The notes: a model not told the origin generated them from the letters alone. A DNA stretch of 60,407 nucleotides, filler included, from Platydemus manokwari (GCA_037951405.1; 5 parts of 5 records of this genome joined end to end with filler, not necessarily neighbours in it), one strand, 5' to 3'; counted from the first letter of the whole stretch, positions 11,881 through 26,514 are shown. Program-made: numbers and translations.

Positions 11881-13716
11881 TTAAAGATAGAATCAAGTTT
11901 ATAAAAGTACAGTAGATTATTATTGGTGTTTCCTGTATGTATTTACAGAATTACGGTAAGGATTGAGAACTCATTTGACTGATATTGTGGGCTTGATTCA
12001 TTGTGTTATTTGAGTACCTTTTTATTATATTAGTGTAATGTAAATAGAGAACTAAAACTTTCATTGCCAATCCGAAAATCAGGTAGCAAACTTAATAATA
12101 ATAATAATAATGATAATAAAATGAATTTATAATTCTTCTTTTTATATAATTATAATATCAATTGCTGAGAATCGTCCCCACAATCCAAATAAATAAATAT
12201 TTATTTAACATTAATATAAAACATTCACAGTCTAGTGGGAATGAACACCCCAACCGACTTAAGCGTGCTTGATTTTTGTAAGTGAAATTCCTGTTTCAGA
12301 AGAGATTCCATGTAGTAATGATTGAAATCGGTTGATAATTTTTGTGGTCGGAAAAGAGGATGGGTCTTGTTGACTGCTTGGTCTAGAGATTTTTTATTGT
12401 AGTACGAAAAGACGCAAATGTTTAGCAGGACTATGCTTTGGATTAGTTGTTGAAATGATTTAGAGGATTATATTGTGTTTAGAAGGGTTTGTTTTTATGA
12501 TGTCATTGCTTTGAGGATTATATTATATGTCGAAGTGGTGATAGCTCGATATATCTAGAATGTATTTCTATATTTTCCAATCAATTTTTCACATTTTTAA
12601 TTTTATTTTACAAAAATATTTAATTTTGTTTCTCCTTTCTATGTTTTTCTCGACATTTAAAATTCAATTCCTATTTTGAAAAATGATATGTTCCTTGGAT
12701 TGAATTGTAATTAATTGGAATTGTTTTTATTCAATTTGATTCGAGTTGAGATTATCAATTGCCAAGTTGGAGAAAAACAAAAAATTATCATAAATTTATT
12801 GGGTAACATTTTCAGTGGAAATTGCGTTCAATTTACCTTCATTGAAATTTGATTCTTTCCTCGTCAAATGTGATTACTAACAACACGATTGATTGTTTGA
12901 TTTTCGAAAAATAGTTTTTGATTTTTTACTCTCTCGCTTAACATCGCACCATTTATATCGTTTTGAAAAGAAAACTCCATAAAATATTAATAAAAGAAGT
13001 TATTCGACCATTAAAAATTAATAAATGTTAACTAAGAATGAAATCTGAAAATTATAATTTAAACTATAAGTTCGACCTGTTAATAGGTACAATTAAAATC
13101 GTATTACCATACAATAGTAAATTATCACTCAGGATGGGATCAGCACCCCCAAAACCAAATACAGAATAGAAAACAACCAAAAAAATTGGCAATCTGAAAA
13201 TTCGCACAAAAGTCAAAGAACAGAATGAAGGTTAGGGACCAAATTGAACTGAAAGTTGCTCATGAAATCCAACCTCTTTTATAGGATTATTGTGTGTGTT
13301 CGTTTGAGCTTCGTTTCTCATTTGTTGAAACTCTCACATCTCTTATGCCATTGTCGAATATCGGTGTTTGTAGCCACTTGTTAGTATGCGCCATTCGATT
13401 ATTAACTTCTAAATATGGATTGATATTTGAGAGAATCTTATTGGCTATTGAGTGTATCAAAACCTTTGAGGGTTATTTTCATGGAATCCATGAACATTTT
13501 GGCTGTTCCCAATACAATGATATTTAAAATTCTCGTTATTTAAAATTTTTACTATTAAAATTAGTTTTACCTTCAGTTAATTGGAAGATATATGACATTG
13601 AAGAAAAGATAAAGTCTAGACATTTGAATTTCTGAAATAATATTTTTGAAATTTAATCTCTTCCCGAAAGTATTATACGTAATATTACACTGATTATACT
13701 ACCACATTGGCAGCAA

Positions 13717-13990
13717 TAATAATAACGATAATAATAATAATAATAATAATACTAATAATACTAATAATAGTACTAGTCATAATAATAATAATAGTACTAG
13801 TCATAANNNNNNNNNNNNNNNNNNNNNNNNNNNNNNNNNNNNNNNNNNNNTTAATTAATTAANNNNNNNNNNNNNNNNNNNNNNNNNNNNNNNNNNNNNN
13901 NNNNNNATAATAATAATAATAATGATAATAATAATAACAGTAACAATAATAATAATTATTATTATGATAATAATAATAGTAATAATAAAT
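13717..13990. repeat. (AAT)n-type microsatellite on both sides of assembly gap 1
   Basis: ATA/AAT triplet runs with variants on both flanks of the N linker. Confidence 0.9.
13807..13906. other. Artificial gap/linker 1 (44N-TTAATTAATTAA-44N)
   Basis: Exactly 100 nt. The central 12-mer is palindromic and gives stops in all six frames. Confidence 0.98.
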
Positions 13991-16900
13991 ATAAGCGAAA
14001 ATTAAATAAGTTTCATAATAATTTAAATTATGATTTTGTAGCCAACTATAAATAAAACAATGTAATTTAATTAAATTAATTATCCTGAAGATAATAGCAA
14101 GAATTAAAACACGTATAACAATTACGTAACTCATCGTATGAAAGTATTGTAATTGTGTATTTGTCATATGTAACAAGCTTTTTTATTGATGCTGGATACC
14201 ACACCGATAGCAGAGAATTCGCTGAACAGTGGATCCAGCAAAATCATATATAAAAAATGACATTCAGTAGACGATTGATACCAAAATAAACACAATATTG
14301 GAAATGATTCCAAAAAATAAATACAGCGATTTTATTCAGAATTAATATAGACAGGTTATTTTATTGCTTTTAATTTATCTGTGATGTGCGAGGACATTAA
14401 TCCCGTGTATTGCTACAGCATTAAATTGGAATTGTATTAGACATATTCGACAATCGTTATTTCGAATATTGGTAAGAAGTAAACCAATACAAATTATTGA
14501 GCGCAGCTAATAATATTTACAAAGGCCTATATTATTCTTGACGTAGTAGTATCTACACTACTAATGGTAAGGCCAAGACCATATTTTCTGCCGGTATTAT
14601 CAAGACCTCAATTCATTTTTAATTGACAATTCTATTTAGGGGCTCGACCCTTATGTTTTATGGTTGTGCAGACAGAAATTAGTTTGAATAGATTTCGAGT
14701 ATTAATGCATTGTTTTCTGAATTGACCCAGTAATAAAACTAACCAAAAATATCTGAACCATCTATTGAAATCGAAAGGTGATTAGAATGTATGAATGAAT
14801 ATCGAAAATATATGATTGGTTATAATTATTCATTATAAAATTGTAATAATTATTGATCATTTTGAATAATATATTTAATTTTTAACTTAAAATCCAATAC
14901 ATTATATTTAAACCGATATCAAATTCAATAAATTATTGATTAATTTCAAATCATTGAATGAGTTCAATAAATCGATTGAGAAAGTGATATTTTCAAATAT
15001 CAGTGTCTTTTAAATATTGATTTTTAATAGAGTTTGGTTTGATAATTATATAAATTCAAGATAAACTAAAACATGGATCGTGGTACAAAATATGTAACCT
15101 GTGCTATCAGGAATATGTGAAAAATGAGACAAGCGAAATTCTAAACAGTTGTTACTACTTACAGAAATGAAGATAGAAATAGTATTTCTTGCTACTTATC
15201 GAAGGCAACCAACGAACATGTGAACATGAGAAAGAGAGACTAATCCCGGGTAGAACTAATATATTTATAACCTTAATAAAGTGTATTGCCGATAAAAGTG
15301 ACCACTGGTACAAAATTTTACTCGCAATATTTATCATAATCACAGATTTCCAGATTAATTCTTTCTAATTCTCCTGACGTGCTTTGAATAAAAATTTAAC
15401 CCTTTCAATTTACTCTGAATCAATATTTATTTTCAAGGTCCATGAAAACAAACTGCCAGAGAAAAAGTAAAATAGAAATCATCCATCTCCATTGTGAGCG
15501 GACATTTCAATCATTTTTAGATAGATTGATAAACAGAATTGTTTATCTAACGAATTTTCATTTTTCGTGCGAAAGAGATCGTTTTAATCATTCGGAGCAA
15601 TACGAAATCATTTGCAGTCGATTTTGATTTGATTTTAATTTTATTCTTTTTGCGACAATCATGGGTACAGTATTTAGGTGAAAGAGAATAACAGTTGATG
15701 TTGACGTGATTGAATATTTTGTTTTTGTGACATACGCGACGAGGTAAATTTATTGAAAAAAATCGAATAGTTGACAAACAGAATTGAGAAGTAGTAATAA
15801 ATAAAATAAAATAAATGTAATGAGCTAAAAACTATCAAAACAATTAAGGCACAGCAAAGATACATTAAAGTGTAAATCGAATGTGCTTCACAATAATGTT
15901 TTACTATAAAGACAACAATCTATTGGAACAAAGTAAAATCCTGACAACATGGTACTCAATATGGATCGAGTTCAGTCATTTGTGTTGAATTTCTCACGTG
16001 TTTGGGAAACATTTTATATTCATAAAATAGAGCCAAAACATTCATCAACATAAATTAAAATCCCTGCATTTTAAAATTCAGAATTTCTAAAACAAATTAC
16101 CTCAACCCATTGTGTAGAGAAATAACCAAGTAAACATCAACGTTACACAAGAAAAATTAAATGAAATAAAATAATTAGAGTACATTGCATTTATCGAAAG
16201 TGTAGCAGCTGAATTTGAAAAAATTCAAGCAGCATTAGGAAAATTATCGAAATGAATATTGTCACTCTATTTCTAATAATGACGTTCGAAAAAAATATCA
16301 AAAATCAAGAAGCCATTCTAGTGTGAAACCAAACCTGAGTTGTGAAAATTGAGAAATGGTGAGAATAATAATTTATTTAAATCTGAAAAATAAACTTTAT
16401 GAAATACTTTAAATCAATATCGAAGTGCTTGGTCTAATTTTATATTTTTAATGGGATTATGTATGATGTATGGGTCTGTTTAGTGTGTGTGTTTAGTGTG
16501 CCGTAAGGTTGGTGCAGTAAGATCTGTCCCAAGAACAAATAGAGGCCTATGGAACCCTTGCTACATTTTGGTTCACACTTTTCCATTTCATTAAATAAAA
16601 AATATTGCGCATTATATATGGTTTCGTGATGATTGCGCTTCACTGGCAAAGATTCTTTCAATTAATAATAATAGTAATAATAATAATAACATTATAGTAA
16701 TAATAAAACTATTATTATAATAATTAAAATTATAATAATTAATAATAATAACAATAATAGTTATTATTATTATTCAGTTCGTATGCTCGGTTAAAACCAC
16801 TAGAATCGTCAGAAAGAGAAGTGCAATTTATTTCCTATGATCCATTTATATGATCCCAAACTGTTACATCAGAGTCCGATTGCACATTTCATTCAAATTA

Positions 16901-18093
16901 TTAAATTTAACTCAAAATATTCATTTTCTAAAATCTTTTTTTAAAATCAATTTTTTATTCACAAATCTCCATCAAATCTACCACTCCAATACCGACAAAG
17001 GTGCACGGTTATCACACACTTAGACTGAAATCCAATAATGAAATCATCAGTGCCCTGATTGGAAAACTTGAATTTATTATTGTACCTGTAGTTATTTATT
17101 TGGTGTTATATTTTATAAACAAACTACTTTGTCTTAGTTTATAAATTTAAAAGGTAGTCACAGCATTTGGATTTACAGCATCAACACCATCACCTTTCTA
17201 TTGTAATGTTAATGATGATTTGTTGTATTTTAATGCATAAGAAAGAGATTGATATCATTTTGCTTGGAAATAAAGTAAAATCCATTTACCGAGTAAGGCA
17301 TTAGAGACGACGAGACATAAAATTAAAGTAAAAATTTTATCTTGTCGTTCTTCCTATCATCACATAAGAGCAGAACTATCGACCCGAAGGAAGACCGTCA
17401 ATAATTGTTATTGTTATAAGAAATTAAAGTGAAAATCTCCCGAAACTAATACTGAGAATAAAGTTTATTTATAAATATAATATTGCATTTTATAACTACA
17501 ATAATAAGTTAGGCCTGTTAGTCACTTCCACTGATTTACCAGCTGAGGTTTTCATTTTCACTGAATGGTAAGTCTACATAATAGATACGCTTTTTATTTC
17601 TCTTCCATACGATCTTATTTACACTAGCTCCAGTACCATATTTGTGTAATGTATGGTAAATATTTTTAAAATCTTACAACTGCAGTAGACGTTGAGAAAT
17701 AAAATCTGTTATCATTTATTTAGTTAAAATACGGTTAGAACTTTCTCTGTCAAATATGATGTACTTTTATTTATTAAATTGGATCAGAAATGTTGAGAAA
17801 ATTTCAATAGACTTACTTTATCTTTGTTTCTTTTTCATGTATTATCATCATATTTATCTCGATGTTCCAAGGCATCACTGCAACTGTTTCGACTTTGGAA
17901 TTAGTGATGTTTTGCTTTCTCTGTACCCAGATTTGTGAAGAACATGATTTTTTTTAAATTTTATTTTATTATTAATTTATCATGCTTAGAGACAAATCCA
18001 AGTTGACAGCGTTATTATTAATAATCAAGATTTTGTAATAGATCAATGTAAATACCAAACAACTGTGTTCATTGTATGCCGTTTTTCATTATA

Positions 18094-18657
18094 TTTTGCG
18101 ATTCATAAGTTCCAGCCCCTAAACCTAAATAAACAACCAATGCACAATATAATTTATACTCACATGTTTATACTCATTGATAATAATTATTATTTACTGA
18201 TTAATGTACTCTATTTCTTATTTCTTATTAATCGGTTACATTATTACAATATGCCGGAAGCAGCTGGTGATGTTGAATTTTCGCTTACGGATAGAGTGTT
18301 CATAGTTAGTCATGCAATAGTGGGCAAGAGTAGTGTAAAAGCTTGCCAAGAATTTCAACAACATTTCAATCGTGCTCCACTAGTTAGGACAACAGTGCAA
18401 TACTGGACACTGGAGTTTGAAGAAACTGAAAACTTATCCACTAGGTTGTGAACAGAAAGACAGTCTGATGAAATCATGAAAGAAAAGGTGGTAAATTTTG
18501 TAAAAGAGATTGATGGTACAAATCAACGAGAAACTGCACGACTATGTATGACTTTACAAGCTTCTGTTTACAGATATCTCAAAGAAGAAAAAATAAAGCC
18601 TTTCAAAGATTCTTTTTTTATTTAAGTTTTAGAGACGGAGACTTATGAATCGCACGG
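18094..18657 (+). mobile_element. Internally deleted Tc1/mariner-superfamily element (rosa/DD41D-like), copy A
   Basis: Degenerate left TIR (..GCGATTCATAAG..) and right TIR ...GAGACGGAGACTTATGAATCGCACGG followed by TA. Encodes a transposase N-terminal HTH fragment, MPEAAGDVEFS...ACQEFQQHFNRAPLVRTTVQYWTLEFEETE. Confidence 0.85.
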
Positions 18658-21600
18658 TATTTTACAAGGCTTTCATTTTCAATGGAAGAATCAAGAACCG
18701 AAAGCTCAACAATAGATTTTGATTCAAATAGGTAATAAATTTTTGAATTTATGTTTCCAGGTGTTTAGGATTTTATAACAAATCGATATGGTTTTATTTC
18801 GTGCTATAATGAGTAACACGCACACAATAAAAGTCAAAAATATTAACAATATATAGACTTTTTGTTAAATCTTTCATTTAAAATTTTTTTTTAATTTGAT
18901 GCTTTCATTCCAGATTTGAGTCGAAATTTATTAAAAATAATTATAATTTTTTTCTAAATTTTAATAATTTTTTATCGCGTTTATATAATGTAATGGAGTG
19001 AACCGATAAGATGTGTCGCTCGGTTTTACTTATTTTTCATTTACATCGCACAAATTATCAAGTACTTATATCAAAGAATCTGTCGTTTTTCTTGTGTTTT
19101 TTTTGATGAATTGAAAATTGATTTACTATAAACACCGCTATACAAATTATGTGTGAAACAATCTGTCTATGGAAAGGAACATAAATCATTTTATCGCTCT
19201 AATTACTTAAATAATAGCTAAACATAATATTGAAAAAATATATTCACAATGATATAATTACCGAAGACAATTTTTGAGCAGGTGAACTTCTGGTATCGAT
19301 AACTGGTCATATTTTATTTCAGTGACCCAGTTACAACAATGGTCTACTTGAATGAAAAATTAGATTGGTACGGTATAAAAAATCACCTAAATTAAAACCC
19401 GACAAGTAAGATTTTCTCCATTTTCATTTTAAAGACACCAAATTCAAAAATCGCATGGATAATTTCAGATCAAAAGAAAAAATCTTAAATGATACTTGGT
19501 GAAAATTTTTAATTATTTTAAACTCATTTCCGGTCGGTAGAAAATTAAATAGTGGCGAAAAGAAAACTCCACCATATCTAATAACACAATTCAATGGCAA
19601 CAATAAAAGCGAGATGATTATGTTTATCAAGTTATTCCAGATCGCAGCGCTCGATAAAAAGTAGAAGGAAATTAAATTCTTTGATACTAAAATAGATCCT
19701 CCTCATTATTAACACACAGATCAATGATAGTTGTTTGTGAGTTCAACAAAAGAATGGCATCTTTCCATATTGAAAACGAAAAAATTATAATTACAATCAA
19801 TATTTAAATTGTAGAGTTTGTTTTGTGAATGGGAATTTTAATTTCAGTTCTATTTATTGATCCAACTTTGAAAATCATTGTATTCCCGTCACAATATTGC
19901 AGATTTATATCAAATGTGTTTGAATCGTTGATATACTACCAACTGATACCGCCGATAAACTTCTCACATCAAACATCATGGGTCAGATGGAGATCGAGTT
20001 GTCAGTTTTAGTTTTTTTCTCACGTCGTATTTAGATGAAAGAAAAAAGATTGTATAATGTTTCTTTAGGATCGTTATAATTGGATTTTTCTATTATAAGA
20101 AGATGTCCTTTGACCTACTTTTCTTACTACGAATTTTCGCGCATGAGATAATTTTATTATTGAATTTTATGAATATTTTTTTCAGATTTCATGAAAAAAT
20201 TATTTTTAATAGAAATTTTAATTTGAATTGTGCTTTGAAGCTCTGCTTTTGAAAATTTGTTACTATATTACCTGATGCTAAAATCCAAATTTGTAATTAA
20301 TGCTAACAATTATAATAAATAGTCAAGCAACTATGGTCCAAAATCCATATAAAGCGGGATCAACACCTGAAAATTAAACAGTGACATAGATACCAAACAT
20401 AAAGGCCGGTTATCAGAAGTTTACTTAAAAGTCACAGAGAATCGAAGTTACACACCAAAAAGACTGGCTAAAGTTCATGAAATTCTACTGAGCTTATCAC
20501 GTGTGCTTACTTCATTTCTCAGAGCTTTTCACTCGATAAGTTTGTTAGCAGATTTTCTAGTATTTCTTGTATCAGATGTTTGGTGCCTGTTGTTGGTGAC
20601 AACCAATTAATTATCAAGTTCTATATATGGATTGATATTTAGGATGTAGTAAGCATCCGATTGACTATTAGCAAAGGGGCTTATCAAATTTCTTGATACA
20701 ATATTTAAAGGAGACACTCATCGAGCCGAGCACATCGATCAATGAATAGATCACACTATCATTGATTTCAATTGAAAATTAATGGGTTACTTATCCCTTT
20801 AAAGTGGAATGTATGTATAATATTAAAATTTAAATATTATTTGCAAATGTATATTTATTACAACATCAGTATGTAAATTCAAGGAATTTCGGATCAATGT
20901 TATAAAAATTTTCTATTAAAATTATATTGGAAAGAACCAACAATAGAACGAAATGTTATGAATTACCGCATTTACAGCTATTAATTATTATTGTTAATTA
21001 ATTAAACCAAGTTTCCGTTAACATTTTGCACACAAACTAAAAAAAGGAATAAAAATTACTAAATTTAGAATTATCCTGATATTAATATTCTAAAATTACC
21101 AAAATTAGAATCAGGACGATATTCAAAATGAGGATTACTAAATATAGTAATTAAAATGCCTAAAAATTACAAAATTAATTATAAAGACAGAAAAAGATAG
21201 TCAATAGGAACGACCAAATAGGATCACAATAAATTCCACTGAAAAGAAAATCTCGTTCATAAATTTAGATACAAGAAACATTGAGTATTAATTAATATCT
21301 TAGTTCTTCAATAAATCCCAGCATATGAAAATATCACACTAATTTCATCAAGAAAAATAGAACATTCAATCATTTTACTTGCTGACAACCTGTTTCGACT
21401 GTTTTCTTAAATAAAGTTCTAATTATTAACTTGTCTTAGTCGAGCGTTAATCACGTTCGATATTTAACTCTTCGTCTTGCTCTCAGCACATTTAGTCGAT
21501 CTTTTTTTATCTGTTAGGTCTCCACTCATTGTCGAGTTCGTTTTTCATACAGCAAATCAGTAATGTAATAATCATTAAAATTGAATGCTGCATGTTGGAT

Positions 21601-21699
21601 AATGTGTTGATTATTTTATCATCGTCTCATTTATTGATTTATTATTGAAAGCCTTAATTTATTATTATTTTTACTATTATCACGAGCACCTATTATACA

Positions 21700-22685
21700 T
21701 ATTCGAATGAGTTGAATATACAGCAAATTCTGAGGTGTAAATCATCAGATTAATATCAGCTAACTTATTAAAACTTTAAAAGATTCTCTCCTTCTCCCGA
21801 TAACAGTTCTTAAAATATAGCTTCTTTCATGAAATATCAGAAATATCAGCACTTACTGGCATTAAACGATTAATAATCGGTTCTTTAGAAAACTCATTTT
21901 CTTTTAAAATCGATAATAGGTATTCTAATATCAGAAACATTATTGATAAATTCAAACTCATTATTAAAAAATATAACGGTACCGATCAAGTAGTCAGTTC
22001 GTGTTATTAATGTATTGTCGGTTTTGAGATGATTATAAGTGCTGAATTTGGTTCTCTTTCCGACATCCGATAATAACAATTTTATTGATTAGGTCGGGTT
22101 AGAGTCTCCTTATAAGGGTTCTGACTCAATACCGTGATCAAAGTTTTAATAACGTATAATGTGATTCAATACTAAATTGCAGTTAACGACAGCTGATAAA
22201 CCAATTTTAAAAGTATCTCCAATATCAGCATGATATTAATGGTCTAGCAAAACAATTTTTGATAGCTAAAATTCATTAATAGCAAACATGAATATACTAT
22301 GAGGTTTAACATCAAACACAGCTCACAAAATTTCTTATTTCCTAGACGAGATTTTAAATCTTAATATCATTTAAGTTACAAGTAACACTAACTTTATAGC
22401 AGCATGTACTGTCAAATGATTTCGAGAACTGAAGGTGTTAGCCGTGATATTATTGCTCTCTTCAATATATTTTTCAGATATAGACTTTTTCACTCGAATA
22501 CTTTAAAATCTCTTCTTTCCATTGCGCTTCTTCTTAATATTATTAATGCTTAAGCTACTGATTAGCTTTTCAAAACTGAGGTTGTTTGTGATTGGATTTT
22601 CAATTCGATTATCTTGAAAATAAAACAATTCCAAGTGATTATTATCTTTCGTAAAATAAAATAAATTTACCACTTCGATGGTCAC
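21700..22685 (-). pseudogene. Decayed long reading frame of unknown origin (probably TE-derived)
   Basis: ORFs 22503-22685 and 21894-22079 are in the same frame. The sequence between them continues in that frame with scattered stops (...YHADIGDTFKIGLSAVVNCNLVLNHIIRY*NFDHGIESEPL*GDSNPT*SIKLLLSDVGK...). No family motif was recognised. Confidence 0.3.
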
Positions 22686-23900
22686 TTATCAACACATTTG
22701 ATGACTATATATCCATTGCTAGTGTTGTAGGTGAACTATATTGTTTTTCTACGTCTTTAATGATGCATACTTTATTATAATAAATTTTACTTTACTCTTC
22801 TAGACTTTCATTTCATATTTTTTTTATTTCTTTCCTTTTCCACTTGTTTTATTATTTATTTTGTTTATTCTTTATTTTGAAATTAGCATTTTTGGGAAAT
22901 TTTCAGAAACAGCTGATCATCAGAATTAAAATATCAAAAAACATTAATAAATCGTTAATAAGCAGATATTAAAATAACGAAAAATAAGAAAAAAAAACTA
23001 GATCATTGAATCTGGAGTGGTTACAAAAATGTTAAGGGCTTGATCTAATTGGTAGATCGAAAGAATTACCAAATTGAAATAATTCAGACACCCTTATGAT
23101 ATGATCGACATAAATGACAAACATAATAGCTATGCTGATACAGAATTAGAACGCAATCGCAACGGCTCTGTCCAATGTTAGAAGTGGGTTGTAATGAAAT
23201 TGATATTTAGAGATAAATATGTACTTGCATATATATACTACTACCACCTCTGCGTTATATAAATAAGTAATATCTTAATTATAAATTTAGAATCAATACT
23301 AGTAAAAATTAATTTGTTATAATCAATCAATACTGTCGAGGTATATAAATAAACAAAAAATAAATTCACAATGCCAACTAGTCTCGACCATATGAACATC
23401 CAATGAAAGGAGACAATAATGATTTATCGATCTACAATTAATTTACAAGTCTGTGTTTTCGAGGAGAAATAAATTTTAACAATATCATCTCATATTATTT
23501 TTGGAGTTGGTGATTCAGCAGTGACGTCAGAAATATTTTCATAAAACATCGTACAATTTCTAAGATCATATTTATCGATTTGGAATTGTTTTGTTTGCTT
23601 TAAAGCACCCGTATTTTACAATGCAAAACCACAACTTCCGTACCACAAGTTCATTACAACTCCCCTTTATTGGTGTTGATGAAACTCTGCTTGGGCTTAG
23701 TTTATAGTAGAAACCGTTATTTTATTGGTAATTTTCTACGTAATCCATATTCTTAAATTTTTTTTTAATATAAAATTTTTTCAATCGATCCAATTCTAGC
23801 TTTAAAATTAGAGAATTTTTAATGATTTTGAATTTTACAAATTTTCAAATCAGATTATTATAAAATATTAGTTTGTTCGAATGACTGTGATTAAAAATAT

Positions 23901-24180
23901 AATTTGCTGTTGTGACTTTTCAGTGGGCTTACAATGTAAGGTGATTTATAAAATAGTAGCACTTTATATGGATTCGATTCGGTCAAATATCTATGGCATG
24001 GAAGTATAAAGGAGAAAGATCAAGTGTAGAAAAGATGTAAGGAAGACACAGCTGTACAGAAAATCTAGAAAAATTTTAAAAAAATATGGAAATCATGTAA
24101 AGAAAATATAAAGCTGAGAAAAAGATAGTTTTATGTAGATGAAGGATTTGACAGATAGATTTCTGGAGAAAGAGGGAGGT
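23901..24180 (+). repeat. Dispersed SINE-like repeat family, copy 1
   Basis: Shares ..GTGACTTTTCAGT.., TATAAAATAGTAGC, a B-box-like GGATTCGATTC (23970-23980) and a purine-rich tail with copies at ~45590-45660(-), ~45780-45950(-), ~47440-47650(+) and ~50075-50140(+). Confidence 0.6.
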
Positions 24181-25999
24181 GAGGATTTATAATTTTAAAA
24201 ATTTTAAAAATCAGATTTTTAGAAAATATTATTTTGTTTAAATGATTCTGGTTGAAATATAATTTTGTGTCATGGCGTTTCACTTTTTTTTATTTATAAT
24301 CCAGAACTGCCATGTTAAAGTATTAAGCTGGAATATTGATAACATTCATTTCGAAATCAATTTATTGAGCTGGGTGTACGTATTAACTTCAGAAAGTGAA
24401 TGCCAGATAACTAAATTATTTAAGGCAACAGCTCTATTTAGCTTTCATAATTTATTATGAAATGAAGCTCTGAAGCTATGAAATATAAAATTATAAAACA
24501 TTATCAATAAATTATTAAGGTTCAATGTTCACAATTATTGATTAAATTGAAGCCAATAATCAAAAAAGCTCGCTATTACATGAGTTCAATATCGGATAAA
24601 TATATATGGCTAATAGTTCATTTTTATTATACAAATTTATCAGAAACCACGAGAATAAATAATTAAATCATGTCCTGACATGAAAATATTGCTGTTGGAA
24701 ATGAAATAATCGATATTTTTGTGAGAGTTTTAACGTGAATTAAAATTAAAAGAAAATAATTTCCAAATTCAAGTTCAATCCTGAAAGTAGACACCAAAGG
24801 GTGCTTTTATATCAACGGATTCAAAATGATCTTATGTAAATAGATAGAGCTTTGAAATGAAATGTCATGTTAAGTTTTTGTTTTGATTTACTTTAAAACC
24901 AATCAATTAGTATCAATGATGCTAAAATCTTACCCATAGCACTATTTGACAAATCAAATTGATGAATCCAAGTCAGGAAACTGTATGTTTTGAAGGAATA
25001 TGATACCCCTAAAATCAATAAAAACTAAATTTTTATCCATTAATATTGAAAGAAGAGGCATAAAAAGAAAGAGAAGATTACAAATAAAAATTCTTACTGT
25101 TGAAACAGCAATCCTGGAGAATCTTAGTACGTGTTTGGAGAATAATATTCACAGTTTTCTTCAAGAGAAATAAAATTTAGACAACCAACGAAACAATTTC
25201 ATAATTTATAAGAATATAAAAAATCCGAATTGCTTAAAATAATTACCTGGTATTGCTGCCTTTTCGTTCAATTTATAAATTGATAACATTGGCAACCGAT
25301 AATCTGGACTACTGAATTCTTTATTTAGTTTGAAGCGAATTTGCGATCGATTCTTAAACCTCGATAGGGTACAAAATTTATTTCCCTTACAAAAATGGGC
25401 AGGCCAACATAATGGAGTAAAGCATGATAATTATTACAAGAGGAATTGGAATATAAGTTCAAAAATATTAGAGTGACATTCATAATCCAATAATCTTCGT
25501 GTGCTAGTCCAGCCATCAATGTTATCGAAGTACTTATTATGTATTGAACACTTTTGGAATATATTTGTGACGGACAGGAGAAAGTAGTATTTTGTGACAA
25601 TTAATTTTGCTACATCACTGTGAAAATGGTTCACTCATATAGTTTGATATTTATAATGAAAAATATAACAAATATCATCAATTTGTAGTTATAATTTTGA
25701 CGTCCACAATTTGATTTTTTAAAATGGCTTTTCTTTCAAGTCAATCTTTGTCAGAAGATTGGTTATATCTGAATCCATGGCCATTTATGATGTCCGCCGA
25801 ATAGATACCCACAACAATAGATTATTTAGCAAATTAGCTGTTTAAATAATTTCTTTTCTAACCAGTTAGAAATCATCAATTATTGTTGCTGATCAGCCAT
25901 TGTTTCAAAATATTTATGATAAAGATGATAGGAACTTTTTAAATTTTATAAATTTCCCCAAGGCTGTTCAGATTAGAATAAGTTTTGTTGGCAAAAGTT

Positions 26000-26330
26000 A
26001 AAAAATAGGGTCCTAGAATAAAATTTTAAAATTGTGGAGTGTTTTGCAAAAAAATATATAGATTATTTAATTAAATTTTTTAATAACATTTTGAATTTTT
26101 TATTTTAGTACTTAAGTAAAATTTTAGTTATTTAGAATCAAATAATACATGTACATGATTTTTAAAATGTACTAAAAAATAACTATTTGAAAAGCGGGTC
26201 AAAGTAGGTCAAAATGCAATTAATTGAAAATCAGCGAGGACCCTTTCTTTTAACATTAGAAGCGATCCGAATGATAACTAAGATTTTTATATTTATTTTA
26301 TAAAAAAATGACTTCTAAATTATTGAGAAG
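26000..26330. repeat. AT-rich MITE-like dispersed repeat, copy 1
   Basis: Co-linear with 53115-53420 and reverse-similar to ~58340-58520. Contains the inverted motifs AGGGTCCT ... AGGACCCT. Confidence 0.6.
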
Positions 26331-26371
26331 TGCCAGGAACAAAATGCTTGTGCTTTCTCTCAAAATAAGTA

Positions 26372-26514
26372 TTAGGTTGGTGCAAAAATAATGGCCGTTA
26401 TCTAACAGCAACTTTAAAAGACTATAACTCGCTTAACAAATAAGTTTATTAATCAAAATAAAGCCCATTGGATTCGATACATTTCTGCCAACGAGACAAA
26501 AGTTTAGTAATTCC
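26372..26514 (-). mobile_element. 3' end of a cecropia-subfamily (Hsmar1-like) mariner, truncated by gap 2
   Basis: TA at 26370-26371, then TIR TTAGGTTGGTGCAAAAATAATGGCCGTT. The minus-strand frame 26514->26449 reads GITKLLSRWQKCIESNGLYFD*, the typical cecropia-type transposase C-terminus. Confidence 0.9.

Noticed and set aside
12229-12560. Possible LINE 3' end on the minus strand
   Set aside because: Only a compositional impression; no diagnostic RT or endonuclease motif.
13859-14176. ORFs running into Ns (13859-14176 and 26567-26761)
   Set aside because: They are artefacts of microsatellite sequence and of the linker, whose TTAATTAATTAA supplies the stop.
17050-17300. TM-like stretch (FIIVPVVIYLVLYFI) followed by coding-like sequence with stops
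   Set aside because: Too many stops and no consistent exon chain; it cannot be distinguished from chance.
25320-25800. Possible MULE/FLYWCH transposase remnant
   Set aside because: Only vague motif resemblance across frameshifts, and no TIRs were identified.
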